From contig NC_082731.1 of the NCBI RefSeq assembly GCF_030144855.1, forward strand, positions 23,064,001 to 23,128,000: a stretch of DNA of 64,000 nt. The letters are read 5' to 3'. The notes beneath the pieces are model-generated. The model did no database searches. It saw only the letters and a list, made by a program, of their open reading frames with translations, and was not told the origin of the DNA. This document shows positions 12,426-25,179 of this stretch, one piece after another. Source of the DNA: Hypanus sabinus (taxonomy: Eukaryota). The number at the start of each line of letters is the position of its first letter. Positions within the stretch are counted from its first letter, which is position 1. Position numbers and translations under genes: made by a program.

Positions 12426-12899
12426 CCACCCTAACTAATGTGAGCTAATTGTTACTGGTCTGTTCGTTAAGGTCCAGCGCAAATAGAAACTTCCGAGCTG
12501 ATTTGACGTGGAAACTCTCAGCTGATATCTTCTGGAATCGCCATGTCCGACAACCTTTGTCCTTACGCTGACGCACTGGTACTTTATGACCTTCCACTTG
12601 TGAGCCTCCTCGCATCATGCCCCCACGACGTTTTCTCCACCAGGATGATTTTTTTTCCATTAGGTTTTGTTGTACTTTGTATCGCTCATAAGATTTCTGT
12701 TTTGTACTAACTTCGTGAAATGCAGCTTCCTCGCCAAATCACCCTTCATTTACTGTCATTTGGCAGTTTGCTACAGATCGAATTTAAGTATTTTCGATGG
12801 TACTGGCCTTGCCTCTCCTTTAAGAAAATGACTGCGTTTTTTCCCCTTTACAACATTTGATCTAGTTTAACTCCTCTGTCGTTCCAGCGTGCAAGAATG

Positions 12900-13960
12900 G
12901 GACAGCGGGACTTTATCCTGGTGCTACCAATCCTGTCTTGAGTTAAAGCTGTTTTGGATCTTCAGATGCCTTGCGTCCGTGTATCCCTCAAACAACAAAG
13001 CTGGCAGTTATGGTTCTCTCGCATAACTTGCGGTCAACTGAATAGTGTAGGGAGACTGTTAGAAACTGACAGCATTCCTGAAAATAAAGGAGAAGGTTCC
13101 TCTCTGTAACTCATTCCAAAAAAACTTTACGATTGATAGGATCCCATTTCGTCCAGATGTCCAGTGAGCCGATTACTTATGTCTTTGATGAAAGTTTTAC
13201 GTTCCTTCCTCTGCCTGATCCATGCCACAACTATCGTGTCTATCCAGGAAATGATGGCCTGTCAGGGTTCCGCCGTCTGCGGTATGTTTGATAATGATGC
13301 ATCCCAATTACTGAACTGTCACTGCCTTACCGATAGTCGAGTTGACGGTCCACATTCGGCCCGATCTTTTTGTAACTCTCGCTTGGTTTATTTGCTTGTC
13401 ATTGGAGTCTCCTACTGCTAACAAAGCTCTACCTGAACTCCTGAATTGCTTGCTGAACTCCTGCACTACCAATGACAACGTGAGCTGTAATTGGCCTGTT
13501 TATATGCGGCGACCCACTGAAGAAAAATGTTAGGAGAATCTCCAACCTTCTCCTCAAGTGCCTGCTGACTATCCCCTTGGTGCATTCTACAGTGGCCCCG
13601 GGGATCTCGTACAAATTCAAAAGCCTGAGGAGACATGGAGTAGATCATGTAGTTCCGGCATGTTTTAAGTTTACCAGTCAGTCCAGTACTGTCGATCTTC
13701 TGCAGCAACTCCTTGGTCTGCATTAGTGTGTCAGTGATGTTGACACTGACTCGGAATGCTGTATTAAAATGCTATCCAAGAGATTTCACTTATTGTTCTA
13801 GGTCGACGAAACGTTTTTTTTTTCGTAATTGAATTCACCACATGTTAATAGTCTATCCGTTTTTGATCATTAGTTATCTAGACTTCTTGGCTAAGCAGGT
13901 AACTACGTAGTCACCCCAGCACAACTAGCTAAGTTTTCTAGGGTTTTCAATGTCTGTTTT
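12900..13960 (-). mobile_element. Highly decayed non-LTR RT remnant (clade uncertain)
   Basis: Minus strand FVDLE then ELLQKIDSTGLTGKL..C.NY, resembling the RT DLxKAFD/LLxKLxxxG region. Confidence 0.4.
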
Positions 13961-15929
13961 GCGTGGACATAGGTTGCTGTGGTTATTGTGACGTCATCTT
14001 TGAATCCCCATATGCTGTGCACCTAGAGAGGGCCGCAGGTTATGTCTGTTGCTGCCAATATGAGGAGATAGAAACCAATTAAAATCAAGATGGCGGTGAT
14101 GGTGCAGACGATTGGAGTCCATCTTAGAGGTTATTCCGCCTGTCTATAAGGTGGGCTGAAGTGAAGTTGAATTTTCCAAGGTAAGTTGTAATCAAGCGTT
14201 GCCTTACTGGAATGAAATAGTAGTGTGCCAGACCAGCCTACATGAGGACCCTCGGAGTTGGCTAGGTGTAACCAGATAACTGCTAGGTTACCTTTCCTTT
14301 GCCTTGCCCGGCGAAGCAATTGGCTGATCGTCTAGATGTCTTCAAGAGGCACTGAAAAAAGTCGAGTTGTCACGCTTCTGGGAGGAGGTGCTGAGATGGT
14401 GCTTCTCCAGTGAATCGTTGCAGGAAAAATGAGAACAAAAAAAATTGTAGGTACACGAAATGAGTTTTGGAATGCAGTATGCAGTGTTTTTATAAATAAT
14501 AAAAAAAAAAAGTGGGCTAAATGCTCTAGCCAGCAGACTTAAACCAGAGATGGAGAATTCAAAATACCGAAATAGAAAATTAGTTGGCAACCTTCTCGCA
14601 GGCATCGAGACGAATATCCTGAAGAGGAGTATTGCTATAAACGTGATGATGGCAGAGGAATACTTGTCCTTGGGGACAAAACCTCCTTTTAGCGATTTTC
14701 CAGCTCAGTGCGATAAAGCCTTTCGTCCACTCTTCGCCATTATCTTCAACAAACCGGAGACGATTGAAAAATTCCTATATAACGTAGCGTCTACCGCTCG
14801 GTCGACAGGCGGATGATGACTTTGCTGTCTTGCTGATATTCTGGACCTCCTTTCTCATTGGCTCAGCGCCACTCAGCTCTGTTGCTAGCATTTCTGTTTG
14901 GGGGACTTCAGGATTGACTTCTCATCCCTGATTCCTACGGCGATAGTTGCTTGATATCCGCTTTAAACCTTTAAACTGCGGGCATTCCTTTGCTTTCAGA
15001 GGGAGTTATTCTTACCACACAGTCTACAAGCAACAGACCTGCAGAAGGCAAGGTATTTGGTGCTGTGGCAGAGTTATGGTTGACATAGCCTGTCGCGAGA
15101 GGTCGTATTGCATTGGTTTGGTATTCATTGATTCGTGTTATCAGTTCCACAGCATCACATGCAGAAACTGAAGATAGCGTAAAGTGCACGTCCAGCAGGG
15201 CGCAGCATACGTATCTGTGAAGGGGACGTTTTGCTATTCCGAGTTGCAAGTAGTGATCAACAGTCGCTAGCGATTACTTAGCGACTGTTGATGACTACTT
15301 GCAAACACTGTTATACAATAACAGTGACTATCAGTGTTACTGCAAACAATGACATACCATCATTCCGAGGAACACTGTTCCATGCTGTATGAACTCCGAG
15401 AGCGAAGGAGTTTAATAAAAATTGCTTGAATCGGGTTTCTGCAGTTGTCAGGAAAACATTCTGGATGGGACAAACAAACGATCAATTCAAAAAATTGAAT
15501 TGAAGTAGAGATGTGACGGAGACATGGCAGGAAAACATACGCAAGTATAGGACTCCGACGAGGTGGCAGAATCTCAGCAGTGCGTGTAGATTCGGGACCA
15601 GCCAGGGTCAGTAGCTGGGAGATTTGGTTTATGAAAAGATACGGGGTCGAATACTTGCAGCAATTTGCCTCTCTCTCTGAGAGTCGAACAACAATATGGC
15701 AAGGTCTGACAGCTGTCGGAGTCTTATCCTCTGCTGGCTAATGGAAACAAGGTGCTGGTGATTGAGAGGAATTGGGAAAGATTGGGAATCAAGTGTGGGG
15801 ATTAAGGACCAATTTGGGAGGAAAGAGAAAAGGTGGGAACTGCCAGCCAGGACCGTGGCAGTTCCCGCTCCTCAAGGGGAGCCTCCCGGCGACTTTCCCA
15901 GCTTGTTGGGCTGGTCTCGATAAAAGTAC

Positions 15930-16080
15930 TGGATGAGGGAAGGTTCCAAGATAAACGAGCGGGGAATCCAGGAACGTCCTCTGGACCATACCCTTCCCAA
16001 TACACCAAGTACTGGAACCGTCTGCACCTTCGGCTCACATCCAATAGCCGTTGGACGGTTTACGCTGCATGGCTGTCAAT
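15930..16080 (-). other. Chromodomain remnant at the integrase C-terminus
   Basis: DVSRRCRRFQYLVYWEGYGPE, the chromovirus motif YLVxWxGYxxE. Confidence 0.85.
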
Positions 16081-19000
16081 GATTCAGGCTGCTGGGGGAT
16101 TATCGGGCAGTGGACACAAGGGGCTGACCGAGACTGGTTTAACTTTAGAAACATAGAAGGTAGTGTGGATGCTTAAGGAACTTGGCATTATCGGTTGGAC
16201 CGCCATAGGATTGATAACCCGTTCGACCATGAACGGTCTTAGGAAGCTAAGAACAAGTTTTTTTATGCTCATTCTTGAGCGGAATGTCTTTGGAGGACAG
16301 CCATTCCAACTGCCCAGGTTGGTACTCCGGTGCCGGGTCCGGTGTCGGTCGGCTCTCCTTGTAGCGATCTGATTACCGAGCTAGCGCCGCACGTGTCTCC
16401 TTGCACCAGTCGATATGATCGCGGACGGATGGTACTGCAACCTCTGCTTCCTGGTCGGGATACATCGGGGGCTAGTAACCCAGCGAGCGCTCGAACGGCG
16501 ACTTTCCTCCTGCTGAACTCACGAGGGACTTGTGAGCGTACTCGATCCACGGGAGTTGATCGCTCCAGGTGTCCGGCTTGTTTTCGGTCACACAACGCAA
16601 CGTTGATTCCAGGTCCTGGTTAATCCGCTCCGTCTGTCCATTTGTCTGGGGGTGGAAGCCGGATGATATGCTGACGGTTGCACCCAAGTTGCCAGAATGC
16701 TCGACACAACTTAGAGACGAACTGGGGACCTCGGTCCTAGCCGATGTCGGCGGGGATTCCTTGGAGCCTTCGAAATCTGGGAGAATGGTCGTATTTCCAA
16801 CGGATTTGTGCAGACCTCTGACGATGCCCTGGGCGATGTGCGTCCATGGGCGGCCAGGAACAGGCAGGGGGGAAAGCAATCCCGCAGGCGGCCGATGAGA
16901 TGTCTTACCCCGTGCACAAGTGGGACATGCCGCGACGTTGGAGCAGGTGGTTGCCTCCAGGGAGGGCCACAAAAAATTTCTCCTCAGCAGTGTCAGGGGA
17001 CAATTACTTCTGTGGTCGCAGGCAAATCGAGACGCATGCCCCCACTGGAGGACCTGAAATCTGACGCATTCGGGCACATAGTGCTGTCACTGGGTCCCTT
17101 ACCTGGGTCCGGTAATGCCGTTGGGCTTCTTTTACCAAGTACTCGATCTCCCTGGTGAGAAAGACCACCATGCAGGACGGTGTGATGATAGTTTCTGTAC
17201 TGGACGTGACCTGCCTGGAGTCATATTGGCGGGAGAGCGCTTCCGGCATTCCGTTCCTAAACCCTGCTCGGGAAGTGATATTAAACTTGAATCGCCCAAA
17301 GAATTATGCCCAACGTGCCTGGCGGGAGTGCAGGCTCTTGGTGGTCTGAATATATCCCAGGTTTCTGTGATCCTTGCAGACGACGAATTGATGATCTGCC
17401 CCATCCAGACAGTGCGTCCACTCTTCTAACGCCAGTTTCACCGGCAATAACTCTCGATTTCACACGTCGTAATTCCGTTCCGCCGAGAACAATCGGCGGG
17501 AAAAGAAGGCACGGGTTGAACCTTTTAGACCTTACCCGACCTTTGGGACAGGGCTGCTCCTACCCCTGAATCTGAAGCATCCACCGCCACGATAAATTGT
17601 AGGGGAGTGTCCGGAGGGTTCAGCATGGGTCGGTGGTAAAGCTTCTATTTAAGTTAGTGAATGCTGCTTCCACTTCTGTCTCCCAAGATAAGGGTGTGGA
17701 GTGCGAGGTAAGCCGGGTCAGAGGGGCTGGCACCTAACTGTAATACCTGATAACACAGCGATAGAATTTCGCGAACCCCAGGAAATGCTGAAATTGCTTG
17801 CGGGTCGTGTGCCTAAGCCATTCCACCACCGCACGCATCTTCTCGGGTTCTGTTCTCACCTGTCCGCCTTCGATGATGTACCCTAGGAAGCTGACTGAAG
17901 GGACATGAAACTCACATTTCTCCGCCTTCACAAACGGTTGGTTTTCCCACAGCCTCTGAAGGACTCTACGGACATTGCGAACATATTCGTGCAGGTTCCG
18001 AAAAAAAAAATTAGATTGTCGTCTAGATAGACGAACACGAAACGGTTAATGAAGTCACATCTTTGATGAAGGCCTGGAAAGCGCTGAGAACATTAGTAAG
18101 GCCAAACGGTATTACAAAATATTCAAAATGGACCAGAGGGGTGTTAAAGGCTGTCTTCCAGTCATCCCCTTCCCGTATCCTAACGAGGTGGTAGGCATTC
18201 CGTAGGTCCTGCTTGGAAAAGATATTCATTCCGTGTAGCGGGACGAAGGCTGAACAAATGAGAGGTAGTGGGCACTTATTCTTAATGGTTTTATCGTTAA
18301 AGCCTCAATAATCGATGCAGGGGCGAGGCGATCCATCTTTATTTTCCAAAAAGAAGATCCCGACGGCCACAGAGGAGGAAGAGGGCCTGATGAGGCCCGC
18401 TGCGAGGGACTCGTCCAGGTATATCTCCACGGCCTCTGTTGTTGCGATAAATTACAGATGCGTCTGGTGCGTAACGGGGACCAGCAATCAATTTGATGGC
18501 ACAGTCATAAGGGCGGTGCGGAGGTAGGGCAATTATTCGTTATTTGCCGAGAACGTGCCCCAGGTCGTGGTATTCAGCAGATACCCTGGAGAGGTCAAGT
18601 TCTTGGGATACCGGCGAGGTCGCCGGGGCCTCCCTGGGGGGTGGGGCAGACTGTAGGTCGTTGGCATGGGAACCCGGTCTCCATCTGTCTATCGTCCCGG
18701 CGTTCCAGTCGATCTCGCGAGTGTGCTGGGTCAGCCATGGGTACCCTAGGTATTCCGGGGCTGGGGCTGACTGAATGAGGCTGAAACGTACTGCCTCCCG
18801 ATGATTGCCGGAAAGAATCAAGATCAGGGGCGGCGTACAGTGTGTCACACGGGCAAGCAGACACCCGTCCAGGGCCCTAGGCTCCAGTGGGTTGTTCAAC
18901 GGCTCCCGCGGTATATCGGCCTGGGTGACTATCCCCTCGTCAAGCAGGTTGCCCTACGCACCGGAATCCACCAGAGCCGATAGGGACAGGCTCTGCAGGT

Positions 19001-19462
19001 GGTATTTCACGGTTGACGGGATCTGCATCCGTGCCTGGGGTGCTGAAGGGAGCATCATTCGGCTCACCAGGGGTCCCTGTCACACTGGCGAGCCCTCCCG
19101 TTTTGGACGCTGAGGGCATTTATCGGTGAAGTGGCATGGTTGACCGCAATAGCAACAGGCCCAGCTCACCGCCTCCGCATTCGTTCAGCCGGGTAGAACC
19201 GGTTCCGTCCCAGCTGCATCGGTCTTCTTCCAGGACAATGTTGACAGATGGAGCAGGAAGAACAGTTGCAACAGGAACGAAACTGGGGGGAGCGGAGAAA
19301 GGCAAATTGGTGGAAGGTGGGGAAACTGGGCGTGCATTTACTCGAAGAGCTGGGTGACACTTGCTTTCCTCCGACCTTCCCACAACCGGTCTTCCAGCCT
19401 GTTGACTAAAGCGATTAACGCGTCCATGCTGACAGTTCGTCCTTAATCTTTTGTGCGAGAGC

Positions 19463-20100
19463 CTAACGGAACACGTCCCGTAAGGCCTCGTCTTTCCATC
19501 CTGAGTCGGCTACTAGGGTGCGGAATTCGATGGCATATTCAGCCACACTCCGTGGACTCTGACTCAGGGTCAGCAAGCGTCTGGCGGCGTCCTTTCCGCG
19601 AAGGGGCTGTTCGAAAACCTTCCTCATATCCGAGATGAAGGTGAGGAGGAAGGCGCGAACCTCCGGTTGGTTGTCCCATATAGCCGTAGCCCATACCAGG
19701 GCATCCACGCGCAGCAGCCCCGTGCCGTACGCGATCTTCGACTTATCTGATGCGTATTGCTCGAAGAACAGTGAGCATTCTAATAGGAATGTGCTAGTTC
19801 TCCCAAGGTTCACCGCGTCGAGTTCTGGCTCCGGAACATACGGCTCTCGACGGTATTTTACTGCCGGTTGCAGGGGCACTGACGGTCCAAGCGGCGGACG
19901 GTTCGGCCGGAGTTCTCGGGGGATGAGACGGAAATGGAAGATGGACATCTGGTCCACCTGCTTACTGACCTTGACCACACTTGTGGCCAGCGTATAGAGG
20001 TGTTCCGTTACTTTCTGGGGCAATTGGTCTTGGGCGCCCATTAACTGGATCTGGCTGGCGAGGGCCTGTTGCACGGGATGAGAGTCCTCTGGGTACATGA
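19463..20100 (-). pseudogene. Gypsy gag (PEG10/RTL-like capsid) remnant
   Basis: FLLECSLFFEQ...DKSKIAY..GLLRVDALVWATAIW...RRLLTLSQ..RSVAEYAIEFRTL..DSGW. Confidence 0.9.
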
Positions 20101-20649
20101 CTGTCCAGATTGTTCTGTGACGGGGACCTGACATGAAAATGAACCCATGTGCAGGGCTTCGACGCGGAGGCAAGTTCAGGAGGGAGAATATCCATAGCGG
20201 GTGAAGAATCGGGATCAGACTGGGTCAGTCCCTGGGATATTTGGTTTACGAAGAGATAGGGGGTCGAAGACTGGGAGTAATATTCCCCTCTATCTGAGAG
20301 TCGACAAACAATCTGGCAAGGTCTGACTGGAGCTGTCGGAGTCTTATCCTCTGGTGGCTAATGGAAACCAGGTGCGGGTGATGGAGAGGAATTCGGAAAG
20401 ATTGGTGATCAAGTGTGGTGACTAAGGACCAATTAGGGAGGAAAGGGAAAATGTGGGCAACGCCAGCCAGGACCATGACAAGAGAAAGCGAGATAATGAG
20501 TCTGTGCATTATGGCGGTGAATACGATGAAGGTTCAGCGTCCTCATAGATTTCCCCTATCAATCTGCCAGGACTCCTGTTTCATCTATGTCGTCCTCCTG
20601 TGTATGCAGTTGGTAGCACGTATATGGGGCCAATTCTGTTCCAGAAGGC

Positions 20650-21790
20650 AGATTTTATTTATGGGATCTCTGTTCAAAGGACATAAACCTGTTATCTAAA
20701 AATTGATTACGAAAACATGTTATACCTTTGGTTTTCCTTTACACAAAGGTTTGATTCGTAAAAGAGAGCTGAAAAAATAGTTAGATATAATAGGACTTGA
20801 TAAGATAAACTTATTCAAGCCGAAGCACTTACGAAATTGAAACCATATTCGTAATGCATGTCTAACTATATGATCAGTTATTTGTTTATTAGATTTAGAT
20901 GAAGCAAAAGGAAGTGAAGATCCTTAAATAGAAAACAATGAAAAAACGTGTATAGTTTTACAATCCAAACTTACCTATTGAGGGCAAGGTACTATAATCG
21001 ATACTTGTGTACAAAACATTAAATATCGAATATTAACTGCCCAGGAGTAAAATCTTAGGTTTGGTAAAGCCAAAAACCATTTGTTCTTAGGCTTATGTAA
21101 ATATCTTTTACTTAATCTTGGATTTATATTCTGGCAGACATACGAGGATATTTTGGAGTCAATAATATGAAAAAAATAGATTTAGGTATAAAAGTTGATA
21201 AAGCTTGAAATAAGTAAAAAAATGGATCATACTGTCAACTTGACAGCATTAATTCGACCAACCAATGACAAAGATAATGCGGAACACTTGGTAATAAGTT
21301 ACTTGATTTTGTCGATTAAAGGTAAATAAAATAACTTTAAATAAATCCTTATGTTTCTTGGGAATTTTAATACCTAAAAAAATAAAAGTGATCTGTAACA
21401 ACTTTAAATGGTAAGTGGTTATAGATTGAAACTAGCAGATTTAATGAAAATAATTCATTCTTATTAAAATTCAGTTTGTCAGCAGAAAAGCTACTAAACT
21501 GAGCAAGCAAGGATAAAATTGCAGGAATAGATCCCTCAGGGTCAGATACGTATAGTAACAAATCATCAGCATATGATGATATCTTACAAGTACCTTCCCT
21601 ACAGTTAATAACAAAAATATTAGATGATTCACGAATGGCATTGGCCAAAGTTTCCAATGCAGTATCAAATAATAGCGGACTTAAAGGGCAGCCTTGCCTA
21701 GTACCACGGGACAACTGAAAAAAAAAAGATGTATGATTATTGATAAGGATCGAAGCCAAATGTTCAAATTAAAATTAAAATTCTGCAACG
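20650..21790 (-). mobile_element. L1-clade LINE ORF2 fragment
   Basis: FQLSRGTRQGCPLSPLLFD.ALE.LA.AIR...KISSYADDLLLY...KLNFNKNEL. Confidence 0.9.
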
Positions 21791-22376
21791 TATTTTAAAT
21801 GAAGGAGTATAAATTATATTAATTAATTTTCTAACGTTAATCTCTTCTCAGTCCCAAACACCATTCTTCTCCCGGATAACCTTTACCATATCGAATCACA
21901 ATCCATCAAACTGGGTCTTAAATATAGGTACAGATTTGGCCTAAGTCGATGTATGTGGCAAAGAATTCCACATGTTCCCCACTCTCTGGCCAAAATGACA
22001 ACTTAAAAAAAAAAAAAATCCTCGTCTCCATTCTGAAAGGACGCCCATATATTAGAGCCGCCTTCTCATTTCATTATTTGCTCAATAACCTCATTTTATT
22101 ATCAGGCCCAGCCTCCTGACGGGAAGCCAATTCTGAATCCAAATAGCCAAGTTTCACTGTTTGTTATCGTTGCAGATGAGGACACATTTATGATAGTTTT
22201 TATGTGAATCCATGCACATCGATACTCCTTATGCATTGAAGTACAGCTCACACTGAAACACTGAAACAATTTGCTGTTACATACCCACAGTTTGGACACA
22301 GGAGATTGGAATGATGTGATGGTCTTGTGAGTGGGATGATGTAATTGTCTATTAACCTTGGGGGGGGTGGGGGAGA

Positions 22377-22801
22377 TGTGATATCACGTGATGGCATAAT
22401 CAAAACCGTATTTAAACCAACACACGGTTTGTGATACAGTTCTCTTTTTTTATTTTTGATGCAACATCGTTGTTACTGGACGGAGGTGTGAGGCTCCACT
22501 AGTTTTGTTTATTGTACGTTCATTTTTCTTTTTCCCTTGCAGTCCAGTATCAGAGTGTGAAGGCATTTAGGCAGTTATCCGAGTTCAAAGGACTTTATAA
22601 CGTTCATGACGTTCAGCGTTTTAGGCAATGGTAGAACCTGGACTTCGTTCAGAATTTAAGGAATGCATATTTGAGTTGAGGCTCTGCAAAGTCAGGAAGG
22701 TTTCTCTTGTGACCATCCTCCAGTCAAAAGATTGATCCTTCGCAGGAACTGTTTTTTTTTTTTTCGGGGCGTCTGTTCTTACTGACGTATAAATCACATG
22801 G
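22377..22801 (+). pseudogene. Decayed V gene (promoter, leader, short V exon), copy 1
   Basis: Decamer-like TGTGATATCA 22377, TATTTAAA 22409, leader-like exon 22434-22485 (ATG>ATA), donor GT 22486, strong acceptor 22542; VQY-QSVK...KG..ITF(SC)TFS, W(fs)FVQ 22639, KSGRF, terminal TAC-TGA 22783, CACATGG 22795. Confidence 0.55.
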
Positions 22802-23054
22802 ACTTTTGAATTTATCACTTTAAGTCTGTGCTTGGATGAACACCCGTGAAGAACAGTTTCTAAGTTTGAATGCTTTTGCCGCCTAACTGATAACTTCCGG
22901 TTAAGTTAGTTGTTTGTTTACTTTTCTAAGTTCGAGCAGAGGTTAACAAATCTGGAAATTTATTTTCAACCCTGTCTCAGTTTCGTATTCATTGCTGCTG
23001 CATTTGTAACATTCGTCTGTTACTGGCAGTTGACAGCCTTATTTATCTGGGCAG

Positions 23055-23810
23055 TACTCTCTCACGAGCGGTGAACATAGACAGAGAGATCAGCAACAGA
23101 ATTGCCAAATCTAATGCCTCCTTTGGGAAATCCCGTGAAAATGTATGGGAGCGGAGAGGACTCAGCATTACTACCAAACTGAAGGTCTATCGAACAGTGT
23201 TTCTCACCACCCTCCTCTATGCTAGCGAGACATGGACTGTCTACAGCAGACAAGCGAAACAGCTCAACTGCTTCCTCTTGAGCTGCCTCCGCACACTTCA
23301 CGTACGATGGCAGGACAAAGTCCTAGACATAGACATGGAGATCCTGGAGCGGGCTAGCTCCCACAGCGACTACACCCTCATACAGAAAGCCCAAGTCAGA
23401 CGGGCTGACCATGTTGTCAGGATATCTGACAGATGACTACCAAAACTGCTGCTGTATGGAGAGCTGAGCGAGGGCAAACGCTCAGTTGGAGGGTTGAAGA
23501 AACGTTTCAAAGACTGCCTCAAAGTGTCCCTCAGAGACCTCAATATCAATTCCAGTAGCCGGGAATCGCTTGCTCTGGACCACCCAAACTGGTGGGCGCC
23601 CAATCAGACGCACCGCAGAGGCTCAGAGGAAACGCGCCGCGCACAAGGTTCAAGCTACCTCCAGTTCCTACCCTCATATGTCCAACATGTGGGCGCGCGT
23701 TCAGGGCCCGGATTGGCATCACCAGTCACCTCTGGATCCACCGTCACAAACCCTCCACCTGTCAGTTGTCGTTGTCGACTTCGATCCGAAGGACGAAAAA
23801 TATTCGTAAC
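23055..23810 (+). mobile_element. RTE (BovB-like) LINE 3' fragment
   Basis: IDREISNRIAKSNASFG...VWERRGLSITTKLKVYR..TTLLYASETWTVY...LPKLLLYGEL..GKRSVGG.KKRFKD.LK. Confidence 0.9.
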
Positions 23811-23814
23811 ATTG

Positions 23815-24880
23815 CACCTGAATTTGTTCGCATTTCCAAAAGTCCACCGGCCGGCATTATTCAGCTGGATCCATCCAGTCTCTCCTGATAAGGCAGACTT
23901 TGTATATCCTTGTAAGTCTCCATTTACCCTTTTCACCCAACTGCCTCCATCTGCACTACGGCGACTAGAACTTTATGAAATACAGCTGTTGCCGCCGCGC
24001 AGTTATACCAGTAGTGCCATATCTTGATCTCAGTACCGAATTCGCTGTTGGTAAGCAAGACATTCTTTTCAGTCCATTTTTACATCCAAGAAAACATGTA
24101 CTTTTGTCCACCTCCCTCTGCTCTATGAGTTTAACCTACCACGTACTGAGTAATTCCTAGCTTGGGAAATCTTTTTGAAATGCATCATATCACGCTTATC
24201 TATATTGAAATCGAAATGTGTTTCATGTTTGCCCAGCAAAAACAGGGAGCTATCGATTTCGGAATAATGAATAGCAGTGAACTGTCATCATTTGCCAGCA
24301 TGATACATTTAATTTGCCTTGATGACTTGCCCTATTATGTATCTGATCTCACTTTATGTGCGGCGCATCGGGGTTGATATTGTGCGCTTTATTTGTAGAA
24401 TATCGTTTACTGTTATAACGTCTCGACTTTTTCCTCTATTGATATATAGAAGCAGTATTAGGTTATTTGACACATTGAGTGCGCTGCCCCATTTCATAAA
24501 GGCAGTTTCAAATTTCCTCTCACCCCCAGTGTACTGTCTTCTGCCCATTTAACCTAAATCCTGACTAATCTACTATATAAACGTTTAACTTCAATATGCA
24601 TAACGTCTTGCCCTCCACTCCTGCGTATGGCTATGATTCACAGATTGTCATCGCTCTCTGCAGAAATAAATTCCTCTTTATCCATTTTTTTTTTCCTGAA
24701 AGAACACCGTTTATTCTGAGGTGGCGTTTTCTGGTCTTAGATTCTCTCTCAGTCATGAAAGGAAGTATCTTCTCTATACCCGCTCTATGAAGGTTTTTGC
24801 AATTGGATAGATTTCAATGTCATCACCCCTCGAGCTTCCGACTTCATGTGACTATGCACACATAATCATTAAACTTTCCT
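23815..24880 (-). mobile_element. Decayed CR1 ORF2 fragments
   Basis: Reverse-complement similarity to the CR1 RT and 3' regions seen elsewhere in the window. Confidence 0.55.
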
Positions 24881-24942
24881 AGTATGCAAGACTTTCAAAG
24901 CTGAAATGACTTTCGTGGACGTCGTCTGAACCCGTTCCAGTT

Positions 24943-25012
24943 TGAATGAATGAATGAATGAATGAATGAATGAATGAATGAATGAATGAATGAATGAATG
25001 AATGAATGAATG
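24943..25012. repeat. (TGAA)n microsatellite, about 17 units
   Basis: Direct reading; only about 4 units in the paralogous copy at about 49835. Confidence 0.98.
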
Positions 25013-25179
25013 TATGACATTTTATTTCGGTCAGTACAAACAAACCGAAAAGTATCAATTTCAACGATTATTTCATAACGTTGATTTCATAAAACAACTA
25101 TAAAGAATAAAAAAATCTTTAAAACAGAGTGAAAGTGTACAGTCTGAAGTTACAGATTATCGTGCCTACCTCTCTTACT

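Larger units (their letters stand above)
15512..20480 (-). mobile_element. Full-length (internally deleted) chromodomain Ty3/Gypsy LTR retrotransposon, Sushi-like
   Basis: LTRs 15512-15860 and 20116-20480 (TG...CA); 5-bp TSD AGAGA (15507-15511, 20481-20485); PPT next to the left LTR; gag, ALVDSGA protease, RT YLDD and KCEF..VSFLG, RNase H, integrase HHCC, chromodomain. Confidence 0.97.

Noticed and set aside
14550-14816. 88-aa ORF MENSKYRNRK...
   Set aside because: No recognisable domain, splice context or paralogous conservation.
15306-15326. CACTGTT-7 nt-AACAGTG, looks like a D segment between heptamers
   Set aside because: Nonamers match only 5/9, and the left heptamer is absent in paralogs B and C, so it likely arose from the local inverted duplication.
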